A stretch of 35,464 bases of DNA, taken from the NCBI RefSeq assembly GCF_001194135.2, contig NC_068984.1, forward strand, positions 41,427,398 to 41,462,861. Reading direction: 5' to 3'. Under the pieces are notes generated by a model. That model was given only the letters and a program-made list of their open reading frames with translations, was not told the origin of the DNA and searched no databases. The position numbers and the translations under genes are program-made. Of this stretch, positions 12,157-24,400 are shown piece by piece. Position 1 is the stretch's first letter. Every line of letters starts with the position of its first letter. This DNA is from Octopus bimaculoides (lineage: Eukaryota).

Positions 12157-12803
12157 ACACATCATCATCATCATCATCATCATCGTTTAACGTCCGCTTT
12201 CNNNNNNNNNNNNNNNNNNNNNNNNNNNNNNNNNNNNNNNNNNNNNNNNNNNNNNNNNNNNNNNNNNNNNNNNNNNNNNNNNNNNNNNNNNNNNNNNNNN
12301 NNNNNNNNNNNNNNNNNNNNNNNNNNNNNNNNNNNNNNNNNNNNNNNNNNNNNNNNNNNNNNNNNNNNNNNNNNNNNNNNNNNNNNNNNNNNNNNNNNNN
12401 NNNNNNNNNNNNNNNNNNNNNNNNNNNNNNNNNNNNNNNNNNNNNNNNNNNNNNNNNNNNNNNNNNNNNNNNNNNNNNNNNNNNNNNNNNNNNNNNNNNN
12501 NNNCAGGGGCACTGGCAACGATCTCGCTCGAAAATCCTACAGGAGCCAGTCAGGCGGTACTGGCAACGGCCACGCTCAAAATGGTGCATCTCATGTGCCA
12601 CCCGCACAAGAACCAGTCCAGGGGCACTGGCAACGATCTTACTTGGCTTGCCGGGTCTTCTCACGCACAGCCCATTTCCAAAGGTCTCGGTCCGTAGTCA
12701 TCGCCTCGGTGAGGCCCAATGTACGAAGGTCTTGCCTCACCACCTCAGCCCAGGTCTTCCTGGGCCTACCTCTTCCACGGGTTCCCTCAACTGTTAGGGT
12801 GTG
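12157..12803 (-). mobile_element. 5'-truncated RTE-clade LINE with ORF C-terminus and 3'UTR (N-gap 12202-12503)
   Basis: Minus strand 12791->12639 reads VEGTRGRGRPRKTWAEVVRQDLRTLGLTEAMTTDRDLWKWAVREKTRQAK*, a typical RTE ORF2 end, followed by the shared tail and (GAT)n. Confidence 0.9.
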
Positions 12804-12999
12804 TGAATTAACATTTTCATATTTATTCGGGCAAAGCTAATACTAGTGCCTAAAGATCTCTTAAAAACATATTTTCAAAGACTGAGCCTTAGTTGTAAAT
12901 CAGTTCCAGATCAGCCTTGGCCCAAGAGACCTACAGTGTTCAGCATAACCAGCCAGTCTCTCTTTTTTTCAAGCAAAATGCAATGTGACCTTCCTTTGT

Positions 13000-14212
13000 T
13001 TACGATAGCAAAGAAAGTTGGCTTCTGTTTCTAGCAGGCCGAGCCCTTGTATAAGAACAGTGACGGAGATGTATTTATGGGCGTGTGGGGGAGGGGAAGA
13101 TAATACTTATGTACATTTCAGCTCATAGACGTGAGGAAGGAGATTATAACGTCTAACCAGCCCTTCCTTTGAAACCTTAGCCTCATGGGCCCCAGTGCCC
13201 CTTAGGTCTTAAAACTCATTTCCATTGTCGGTATAGAGATCCCTTCGTTGGTTAGAATCGAGACATGGCTGTTGCCTATAACTTCAGGTTATCTCTAATC
13301 AAAAACCATTCTAACCGGAACCATCCCGTCTTTTATTCAATGTGTCTTTTTTCAAGATTGCATGCCGTGACTTGATGGCGATGTGGTTGTTAGGAGGTCG
13401 AGCTGCCATATAAAAACCACCACCCCTCTCAGCAGGCTCGGTGAAACTATATACGTGGTAGGTGGAATAAAGGTTAAAATGTGAAATATATTCGTCAAAA
13501 TTCAAATCTTCTATTCTTAAAAGTGAAACAAAGCAAAATCTGATAGAATGTATACGAGGAAACTGTACTCCAAGTGAAAATTCGAAAAGATTCGAATTAT
13601 TTCTGGTGTTGTATAATAGATATATATGTGGCGGAATTTTAATTTTATCATTTTTACACGATGGCAAAATTAGCTTCATATTATTTGAATCTGAATTGAA
13701 AATGCGTCACCGTTCCTAACTTTTGGACATTATAAACAGCTGGCCCGTACCTCTGAACAGACAGCACTGCAGTAACGAATACAATATGTATANNNNNNNN
13801 NNNNNNNNNNNNNNNNNNNNNNNNNNNNNNNNNNNNNNNNNNNNNNNNNNNNNNNNNNNNNNNNNNNNNNNNNNNNNNNNNNNNNNNNNNNNNNNNNNNN
13901 NNGGTATATTTTAATAATTGTTCATCCTACAGCATTAAATGCGAAAGTTCACTTTGAATGAAATTGCACCAAATTATAAATAAAAGAATTATAAAAGTTT
14001 TTTTTTTTAATTAATAATTTTTTCTTTACTGCATAAAAATAATTAGGATATTGACACGAAATATGCTTCTGAATAAATAATTCACAAGAAATATACATAC
14101 ACCTGTAGCTATTATTTAATAACTGAGAAAAAAAAGAGGCTTCTTAACATGAATAAATAACATCTAATAATATTAAATATTTATTCATACCACGTATGCA
14201 CACGGGCATATA

Positions 14213-14248
<36 letters not shown>

Positions 14249-15400
14249 TATATTATATACATGTATATATAGATTCATACAGACACATACATATAGAGGT
14301 ATCACACATAAAAAAAAAATCAAGGGTACAGTACTTACAATTTATAATTCTGCTTACACAAGAGTTCTTCAAAATTTGCTCAAAGTCCGCACCAAACAAT
14401 ATCCGGATCCGCCATCCTGAGAGAAGCCTGTAGTCAGAGCTGAGCAGTAACTGCCGCTTTTACGTATTGCCATTCACCTTTTTTTTTCTAACCTATTCCA
14501 CAAGCGTGCCAACAACACTTACCAGCGCTATAATATTTAGTCAGCTCCCTTGTCATTGTTTAACTATTTTCTAAATACCAATCTTTCTCCTTATTCAACA
14601 TGGCAGACAGTAGTCTTGATGATTTTTTCGCTAAGAAGGACAGAAATAAAAAGAAATCTAAGCAAAAAACAGCACCTTCTGAATTTATAGCCCAACCAGA
14701 AACAGTGACCCGGAAAACGAAAAAAAAGCCAGAAAAAGAAAAGCAAACTACCAGTAATGTGGTCAGAACACAACCTTCAGAAGTATGTATAAATATGGCT
14801 CCTACAATTTGAATTTCTTTTCTTTCTTCTTTTTTTGTTTATTCTGAAAGGCAGCTGTCGAACTCGATTATGAACCGGTCTTTTATAGATATCGTGTATG
14901 TGTGTGCATCTATGTATGTGTGGTTAACATATGGCTGCTTGGCTGGCTATTCAACTTCTAATTTTCAATATATCTTTTAATTTCATTCTTCGCCATAAAT
15001 TTTACTTACACACATATATATGTATCAAATACCCACACATGCATATAAATATATATGTATGTATCTGTTCATATCGTATACGTTCACTTATTCATAAAGC
15101 CCTAGACATACATACCACCATACGCTTAATTCCCAATAACGTCAAACCACGAGGTTAGCTTAAAAGACTCAATTCTACGCTGTTTGGTGTATATCCACCC
15201 ACTGCAATCTTTCTAGACTTCAGTTGTACAATTTTAAAATAAACTTAATTTATTTCCCCCGCTAAAATATTTAGACATTATTCTATACATTATTTAACAG
15301 AATTCCGGAAACGTTAAAAACTTAATTGCTTGATCACGTGTATAGCAATCTGTGTACGTCACTAAAATTTTGATCAATCTTCACCACGATCCTTTATTTT
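13000..15400. promoter_or_regulatory. CpG-retaining, probably bidirectional promoter region around the CDV3 start
   Basis: CpG dinucleotides are visibly more frequent than in flanking intronic DNA. A YY1-like CCGCCATCCT lies at 14409-14418, and (CT)n(CA)n at 14213-14248. The TSS cannot be fixed from sequence. Confidence 0.55.
14600..14782 (+). CDS. CDV3: CDV3 coding exon 1 (61 codons)
   Basis: ATG at 14600 in context caacATGG; MADSSLDDFFAKKDRNKKKSK...TQPSE; donor GAA|GTATGT at 14783, phase 0. Confidence 0.95.
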
Positions 15401-18400
15401 GTTTTAATTCACTATTTTGTTTCGTGGTTCAATTTACANNNNNNNNNNNNNNNNNNNNNNNNNNNNNNNNNNNNNNNNNNNNNNNNNNNNNNNNNNNNNN
15501 NNNNNNNNNNNNNNNNNNNNNNNNNNNNATATATATATTTAATTAGAATTACCATTGCTTAATTAGTCCAACTAATGGTCTGTCCCTTGAGAGTTTTAAG
15601 CAGAACATGTCCAGTTTCCCTCGTCTAATTTCCATTTGAAACTCTTGCATTGCTAACATGTTTAACAGAGCTTGTGAAGTGCATAAACATCACAACTTCG
15701 TATTGTCTTAGGTTTCTGAATCTTTATATTATTATATAGATTTAGGTACCGAAGCCTTTCTAGGTGTGGAAAATTCCTTTAAGTTCGAATTTCCCCTGGG
15801 TATGGTTTTAATGACCCGGTGTGTATATTATAATTTACCACCGTTATGTAGATGTAATTTAGCTAGGAGGAACCGTAATGAGGTTTCGATTCCCTTCTAA
15901 AGCAACTTTATTACTTATGTCATTAGAAAATTCCTCTCGTTTTCCCGACACCCTGAGTATGAGTCTGCTTGATAATTATCATGTTATTAATTAGGTTTTA
16001 ACTTTTGCTTTTTATCAAGTGTGAAGCACATATTTCTATTGTTAGAAACGTGAGTAGATAAAGATTGATTTTTCGAACTAGAATATACATATGCGTTATG
16101 GTTAAAAAGTTACGATTTTCTTCCAGAAGTGATACATTCTACTTTTCTTTTTTAACATGAAAAGGAAGATTGTGTGTGTGAAAAGAGGGAACAGCAACTG
16201 TCACACACATACACAAAAAAAAAAAAAAAAAAATGCAAGTGAATGTTAGACATTTATTAGTATTTAAATACATTGCAGTTAAAATGAATGTATTTTTAAA
16301 ATGTGAGCTTCACGAGAAAATGACTAACCCATGACATTTGATTTTGAGGAAGAATATAGTAGAAGTTCAGTGTTTTGGAAAGGCTGCACACACTCGAGTG
16401 AAAAGCATTAGCAACATCATTTCCACCAATTTTTTGTGCCTACTTTTCCAGACTAGTGTCGTTTTGTATGTATTACAACACCTTCCTACACATTTTAAGA
16501 TGTCATTTCTTCTGTGAGGTCTACAATTTTAAGATGTGTTCTTCCTTTCTGCATTTCTGCAGGCTTCTTTGATTTGATTATTGTATTAACTTCCCTTGCA
16601 AGCAGGTAGCTGGCTTTATGTTGCAATCCTACCTCTCACAACACTGGCATGCCATGTCTTCGATATATTTGGCAGGATTTTCATAATTGAATAAATACCC
16701 TTCCTATTGTCAGATGGTGGCTAGTATTGAGGTATTTGTAATAAGTAGGTTCAACAAAACTTACATTTTCACACTTATGCATTATACAGTTTTAATGTCA
16801 GGAAAAGTTATTTAAGGTTTCAGCAAATATTTGTTTTGTATCTTAGGTTATTGGTGAGCACTGTTACATGGGTGACCTGTAAATTCTTAACAAGTAGTCT
16901 GCTACTCTATCACTTTATGTTAATGTCTTCTATAAACACTTTATGTTAATGTCTCCTATAAACAAACTGTCTCCTCCAGCAGATTAATGTGCACAAACCA
17001 ACCATTGGAGTAAAACACCTTCCTTGAAAAGACATTAAGATTTGGTATGAGGAAAGACTGTCAGCTATTGAATACAGGCCTCAACAATTCTAGTCCAATT
17101 CATGCTGCATAGGGGAAAAATTTTAAAACCGTGATAATGATGACAACCAAATAAAACAATTGATATAGTTGTCATGAGTTGCATTAACAAGGTTAGACTT
17201 AATTATAAATCTATTGGTTATAACATGAATTTAACTTTGTTCATCATCATCATCGTTTAACGTCTGCTTTCCATGCTGGCATGGGTTGGACGGTTTGACT
17301 GAGGACTGGCAAGCCAGGAGGCTGCACCAAGCTTCAGTCTGATCTGACAAAGTTTCTACTGCTGGATGCCCTTCCTAATGCCAACCACTCCAAGAAGTAG
17401 GTGCTTTTTATCTACCACTAGCACAGGGGTCAGTTAGGTGACACTGGCATTGACCATGCTCAAATGGTGCTTTTTACGTGCCACCTGTATGGGAGTCAGT
17501 TAGGTGGCAATGAAATATAACTTAGCATTATAGTACTCCATGCTGGTGCCATGTAAAATGTACCTGTGCCAGTGCCAATTAAAATGCTGGTGCCACATAA
17601 AGTGCACCCACTACACTCTGTAAAGTTGATGTTAGTAAGGGCACCTAGTCATAGAAACCATGCCAAAACAGACAACTGGAGCCTGGTGCAGCTTCGATCA
17701 AACTAGCCAACCCATGCTAGCATGGAAAACAGATGTTAGATCCTCATCATTGTTTAATGGCCACTTTACATACTGCCATGGGTCGGATGGTTTGACATGG
17801 AACTGGCTAGCAGGGAGCTGTCCGGACTCCATTTGTTGTGGCATGGTTTCTACAGCTGAATGTCCTTCCTAATGCCAACCACTTAACAGAGTGTGCTGGG
17901 TGCTTTTTATGTGTCACCGTCACATGTACTTTTTAAATGGCACCGACACCTGAAAGGACAAACCTGTATGTGTGGAAGACTATTTTGTTTGATGTGTCTT
18001 ATCAAGTACAGCAAATCACCACATCTCCCAATCCCTTGTCCTGACTCATAATATAAAGTACAATTATGTGAAGAGAAATTTAATTTGTTTTGAAGTTGAT
18101 AATGTTTACATTCACCTATAATGCCTAGTGAGTCATAACTTTATTCTCCATTGAAGTATTTGTGAACAAGCATCACTCTTTGTTATAGAATTTTATATCT
18201 ATAAAAACACTTATGTCTCTTACAATTTATAGTTCCGCACCAGCTACTTATATCTATTTTGAATTGACTTAAAGATTATACCTAGAACTTTCTGTTTATT
18301 ATCACAGTGCAATCAATTGGAAAGCTATTAAGTATTGAATGAAAATGGAGTGTATTGTTAGACATGGACAAATATACCTGTTGCTTCTATGGCACTCCTA

Positions 18401-21400
18401 TATTAAGGAAAATCAAAATGGTGAATTTTGAACAACCTGTCACAGTAAACCCTACAGCTTAGAGAATGTGACTTTTCTGTAATTTGAGATTAACCCTCAT
18501 GCTTTTTATCTTACTAAAATTGCTTTTGAAATTAAGAAAGTCTGACACTGGGCTATTGTATCTCTGTGACAACTTGGGATATTCAATCTGAATCTATTTT
18601 TGTGATAGCTATGTGTTCTGTTACTTTGTCCCTTACACCATATGATAATAATACCATTTTTGAAATTATTTGAATTATTGGATCAAAACATTTTTCTGTG
18701 TGGTCTTATTCAACAACTAGAAGCCAAAGAACCTACTAAACTTTTCAAATGCTCACTTCAAACGTGTTGCAACCAAACCTTACCAATTAAATGTAGAATG
18801 TAAAGAATTTATATATTCATAAATTTCAAAACTTTAAGAGTATCATGCAACCAAATATTTTCCATGGCATGTACAGGTTTTGGTTGTCAATGGCAATTTC
18901 AGAAATTGCCAGTGAAAACCAGCTATTTTATAGATCTTGACACTTAGCCAATTTCCTGTATAGATTATCTCGTCAGTGATGTATTGCAGCATAAAATGTT
19001 ATGACAAAATCTTTGTAGTGCATATCAAGTTGTTATAATGTCCAAGGAATGACCAGCTTTTCATGCAGCTGGTGATTTGTATCGATTTAACAAAGTTTCT
19101 AAAGATGTTACAAAGCATTTTAGCAAGTAAACAATGAATTCATAAGCAAAATAATCTTAAAATATCTTTTCGTATTTGAATAATGTTTTTAGTCAATGAT
19201 GAAATAAATATAAGCATCTTTCAAATTTCTTTAAAACTATAAAACAATTTGGCTTTAGATAAAAATCATAAATATTATCTAACTTCTTTGGTTATTTGAT
19301 TTTTACATTGAGAATTATATCCTGATGCCGAACACCTTTAACCTTGAGCTATTTATGGCCTAAAATAGTGAAGGGGCTTGACACTTAGTATATTATTCCA
19401 AAACTGATCTTTTTATCTGAGGATGCTACAAAATGTGTAATTGAACTAGCTCTGATGACCAGCACTAATATGCTTTTTATGTTGAAGTGGATGATATTGA
19501 TAAAATTATTGCTGCAACATTATCACAAAATGGTTGACGCTTTTTTCAAGGTCCTTAATTCTTTAAATAATAATAATAAAAACTAGATTGTTATAAAAAA
19601 GCTTGTACAATTATATCTCTCATTCACTGTAAACGATTGACCCAGCTCACTATCTCTCAGCCAATCAGCTATCTTGTACTTGTGCTACTACTTCAACAAC
19701 TATTAATTTAGAATTATTGCTCAATTTTTTTTACAATACTCTGGTATAAGAAGAATACTTTATTTTGTAAAAGTTCAAGCACAGCAAGTATGCACAAAAT
19801 TCCATGTATATAATAAAGCCTGACTTATGATCCAAAAGGACTTCTTACTAAGGCTGTTATTGGACCCTTGTTAACTTAAAAGGACCTCTTCATCATTCTA
19901 ATAATTTAAATGTATACTTTGTACAATTAACAAATGTTCTCATAACCATTCATTTATATATGTTCATTTTTCCATACTGGCATGGTTGGACAGCTTGTCA
20001 TGGTTGTGATTTCTTATTCAGTCCTCCGAACCGCTTGGGGGACCACTCTTATTTGTACTGTCAATTTTTGGCATAGTTTGTACAGCCAAATATTTTTCCT
20101 ACCACCAACCATTCTGCAGAGTATACTTGGTGCATTTAATTGTAACATCAACATTAGAGAAATTGTCTTTTCTTTGGTAAGACTAAATTGTTCTTCCTAC
20201 TCTATTGTCTCTGTTCATTTGTTAACTGGACCATTGAGATTATCTCAACTCTGGTAAACCGTAGAGAGATCCTCCTTTCCTTGTATTGTCTTTATTCATT
20301 CCATTCTTTTCCACAACTGGATGTGTAGAGAGAGACATTTTCTATTACACTATTACATTACTGATAACAGTGAAGTAGACTGTGGAGTGCTGCTCTGCAA
20401 CCGGTATGCTGCAGCACACTGGTGTACCACGAGACAGTGTCGTGTGCTGCAGTGTAACCTAAATATAATTTTTTCCCCTATACATTGAGTTATATTTTTA
20501 GTTTAGGTGTGCCGCCGAATTTTGAAAAGAATATGTGTACTGTAAGTAAAAAAGGTTGCGGAGCACTGGACTAAAGGAGTCACGGTGCAAAATGCAATAC
20601 GAAGAATATCATTCATCTTTCTGGTACAAAAATCGGAAGAGACTCGTATGTACCTTCCACTGCTGGAAAAACGTTATTCCTATTTCTTTATTTTTGGAAT
20701 AATATTGTTTATTCATTCAGATAGAAGTGGGGTTTCCTTCGAGTCCGCCAAGTTGAAACAATTTCTAAATAGCCATGGGATTTCTGCACGCTGTACAAAT
20801 CGATATAACGTCTTAACGAATTAACCTGACAAAAGGTATAATGGTATTAGAATTTTGTTTATAAAAAAAGTTATGTCCCCTTGTGTCTTGTGGCAGCACG
20901 TCCGTTATATATATGTTGGGTGTGTGTGTGTGTGTGTTCATTTCAGCCATGCAGCTGCGGTCATGTGTATAATCTTTTAAATTGATTAAAAGATTAAAAT
21001 CTAGAACTTCTTTATCACAACAATCTTATCTGGTTGGGTAGTTTTCATACCTTGTGTTAATGCAGGGAGTTAACCAAATTTTTTATGGAGTAACCTTTCT
21101 TGGCAGATGGAGTGAAAGACTGCATATATAATAAAATGAGTCTTGAAAACATGCTTACTTAACGATAACTGACTCATGTAACTAATCTAATTCCAGAAGT
21201 AGTTAATCATGAATATTATTCTCATGTGACGGGAACATAAAGTAATACTGAGATAGACAAGATTGAAAAGAAGTCATTAACCTGCTGTTGATTATGACAG
21301 GCCTGTTTTGTTTTGTTTTGTTTTTGTGGCTGAGTCATATACCTGATTAATTTTATTTTTCCTTTTTGTCAAGATAGCACATGAATGGGGAAAATATATT

Positions 21401-24400
21401 GGTGGTTAAGCAATATGAATTGTGTGATATTTAACCATTTTTCTAGGTAATATTTTTAGTATCAAAATATACTACCTGTGTTTCAGTTAATTTTGAAAAT
21501 AATCTAGAGATTGAATAAATTTAGTCAACTAATTGACTCTTAAATTAAGATTGTGTTTCAAAGATAGATTATATAGTCATTTAGTGAAATGCTACATTTT
21601 ACCTAATTAAAATCACTTTCTTTTTAACAACAGGTCAAACAAATCTGTTGAGGCAGATTTTCTATGGACAGATTCCCTTTCTGTCACTAATCCTTAGCTG
21701 TTTCCAAGGAAGGTAATATTCTCTCATGCCTTGATGCATCCTTCATGGCAGATTGGAAATGAACGACATTACTTGTATGATGTTGATGCTAATGTACAAC
21801 CATTGTGTAATGTCAAGACCAGGATGGACACACACACATACATATATGAAGGACTCCTTTTAGTTTCTGGCTATATTAGAAGACTAAGATGTTGTGTTGT
21901 GGGATTGAGCCCAAAGCAACATGGTTGGGAAGCAAGCTTTATAACTAAACAGTTGAATTCAAGATATTATTTCGAAGTCATTTTACATTTAGTCAGAAGT
22001 TTGTATGTGTAAACAGATGTATAAGGAATTTCTTGTGAGTGTATGTACTTATGCATGTATAGTTAATATGTGAGCGCTTTTTCCATTTCAAGCAGTATTG
22101 AGATTATGTATAAAAAATAGAATGTAGAAACTTGTGGAGATTTAACCTTCAAACATTCCTCTAGCTTATTAAATCCTAAACCTTAATGCTGTTTTTTTTT
22201 TGTTTTTTTTTCTTTTTTTTTTTTGTCATTATTTTGATTTATATCCCTAAAAGAAAACTGAAATTTTAGATATCAAATATATGAAATGATTTGTAATATT
22301 TGACTTGTACAAAATGTCTTTAACAAAAGTTCATTTTCATAACAGGAGGATCTTGAATGGAATGATTATGAACAAGAAACTGAAAAGGATTATTCTGGCT
22401 TGAGGATACAAAATCTACAAATTAAGTATGCTTTCTCTTTTAACTATTGTGCTTTTAATTATAATCACAATTTTTATGTTATTTTGCTATGTTTTTTCTA
22501 TGAATATTCAGCAAAGTATCTGATGACTTGCTGCAGTTATTTGCTGTTACCTTTGTGAGTTTCAGCCCTTTGTGACTATATTTCACCACTTCTTCCCATT
22601 TCTTTTTCTGCAGGTCCTTCCACTTAAATTTTTTTGTACATTTTTACACTTCTATCATTTTCCATATGCAACTTGTTTGTCTCCACAATCTTTTCTCTTC
22701 CATTCTACACCTGATTCATCTCACACCTACTTTTTCTTTCAGTTTATTTGTGCTCCTTTGTTCATGCACACTAACATTATACATTCAACAGAGCATGTGT
22801 ACCTCATTTCTTTCCAACCTTCACATATCCTCTGCACTCAATACTCAAGTTTTACAACATGCAACATTGAATAAGCGTCATACAAAATCTGCCCTTGTTG
22901 ACAATCCTTTTGTGTGCAGCAAAAGTGATAATTCCCTGAAGTTTTCACCTTTTCTTACTCTGGCTGCTATGCTTTCAAAACACATATTTCCACCACTGCT
23001 TAGGTCACCCAAGAAGCACAGGCTATGAATTTCTGCAAGGAAGCTTTCTAACCATTAAAAATATATATTTTATGGATATGCTTGCTGATAAAAATCCTGT
23101 CAGGTGTTTTTCATTGCTTTTATATCCATAGTTGTTTTATTAACCATACGGCCATTAACTTTACCTAATCCCTGTGTTGAGTCAGCTTGGAGTAGTTCTT
23201 CCCTCTTTCTCTCTCTCTCACACATTGACCTACATGTTTCTTTCTTCTTGGCACCAGTAAGGACAAGGACTCCTCTATCATTCTATGCACACTTTTTCCC
23301 AATGACATTTTGATTAGCACTGACACCGCTTTCTACATTGTGTGGTGCCACATAGGTGGAGGCGCAATGGCCCAGTGGTTAGGGCAGCGGACTCGCGGTC
23401 ATAGGATCGCGGTTTCGATTCCCAGACCGGGCGTTGTGAGTGTTTATTGAGCGAAAACATCTAAAGCTCCACGAGTCTCCAGCAGGAGATGGTGGCGAAC
23501 CCTGCTGTACTCTTTCACCTCAACTTTCTCTCTCTTACTTCCTGTTTCTGTTGTGTCTGTAATTCAAAGGGTCAGCATTGTCACACTGTGTCACGCTGAA
23601 TATCCCCGAGAGCTATGTTAAGAGTACACGTGTCTGTGGAGTGCTCAGCCACTTGCACGTTAATTTTACGAGCAGGCTGTTCCGTTGATTGGATCAACTG
23701 GAACTCTCGATGGAGTGCCACATAAAACGCATCCGGTACACTTTATGGAGTGATTGGCATTAGAGAGGGCATCCAGCTGTAGAAACCATGCTTGAGCAGA
23801 CAATTTCTCAAATGTATTTCCATTGAAGTGTTTATAATCATATTTACATTACCAAATTTACTAGCACTCTAGGCTAAAATGAAAAAATTGATATACTGTT
23901 AGGTTGCCATCTACATAAAAATCAACCTAAGCTAGCTTTTTTAGTTACTAGATCTTCTAACACAGTATCTTTGGCAAACTTTCTTACATTTTAGCTGAAC
24001 ACATTGTAATTGTTTCTGATTGAGGCACGATACTAGCAGGTTTGAAGAGTGGGAGTTAGTCAATACGATTGACTTCAATAACATTTGTACTCAAAATGTA
24101 TAGAGCAGGGCATTTTTCTCACACTCTAATGATTCTGTCAGCTCTCATCATCATCATCATCATCGTTTAACGTCCGCTTTCCATGCTAGCATGGGTTGGA
24201 CGATTTGACTGAGGACTGGTGAAACCGGATGGCAACACCAGGCTCCAATCTGATTTGGCAGAGTTTCTACAGCTGGATGCCCTTCCTAACGCCAACCACT
24301 CAAAGAGTGTAGTGGGTGCTTTTACGTGTCACCCGCACGAAGGCCAGTCAGGCGGTACTGGCAACGGCCACGCTCAAAATGGTGTATTTTATGTGCCACC

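Noticed and set aside
14539-14553. 15-nt exact match (agtcagctcccttgt) between the CDV3 5' region and the 6455/7182 duplication
   Set aside because: Similarity does not extend; a match of this length is plausible by chance in 35 kb.
16330-16720. Possible piggyBac transposase C-terminal remnant on minus
   Set aside because: The Cys-rich pattern is too decayed, and no TTAA-flanked TIR was found.
18891-18911. Perfect 10-bp-arm palindrome tggcaatttc-a-gaaattgcca
   Set aside because: Isolated and short, with no associated element or context.
23358-23430. tRNA gene
   Set aside because: A and B boxes are present, but there is no complete cloverleaf and it continues into a SINE body. The same applies to the 28814-28882 and 30113 heads.
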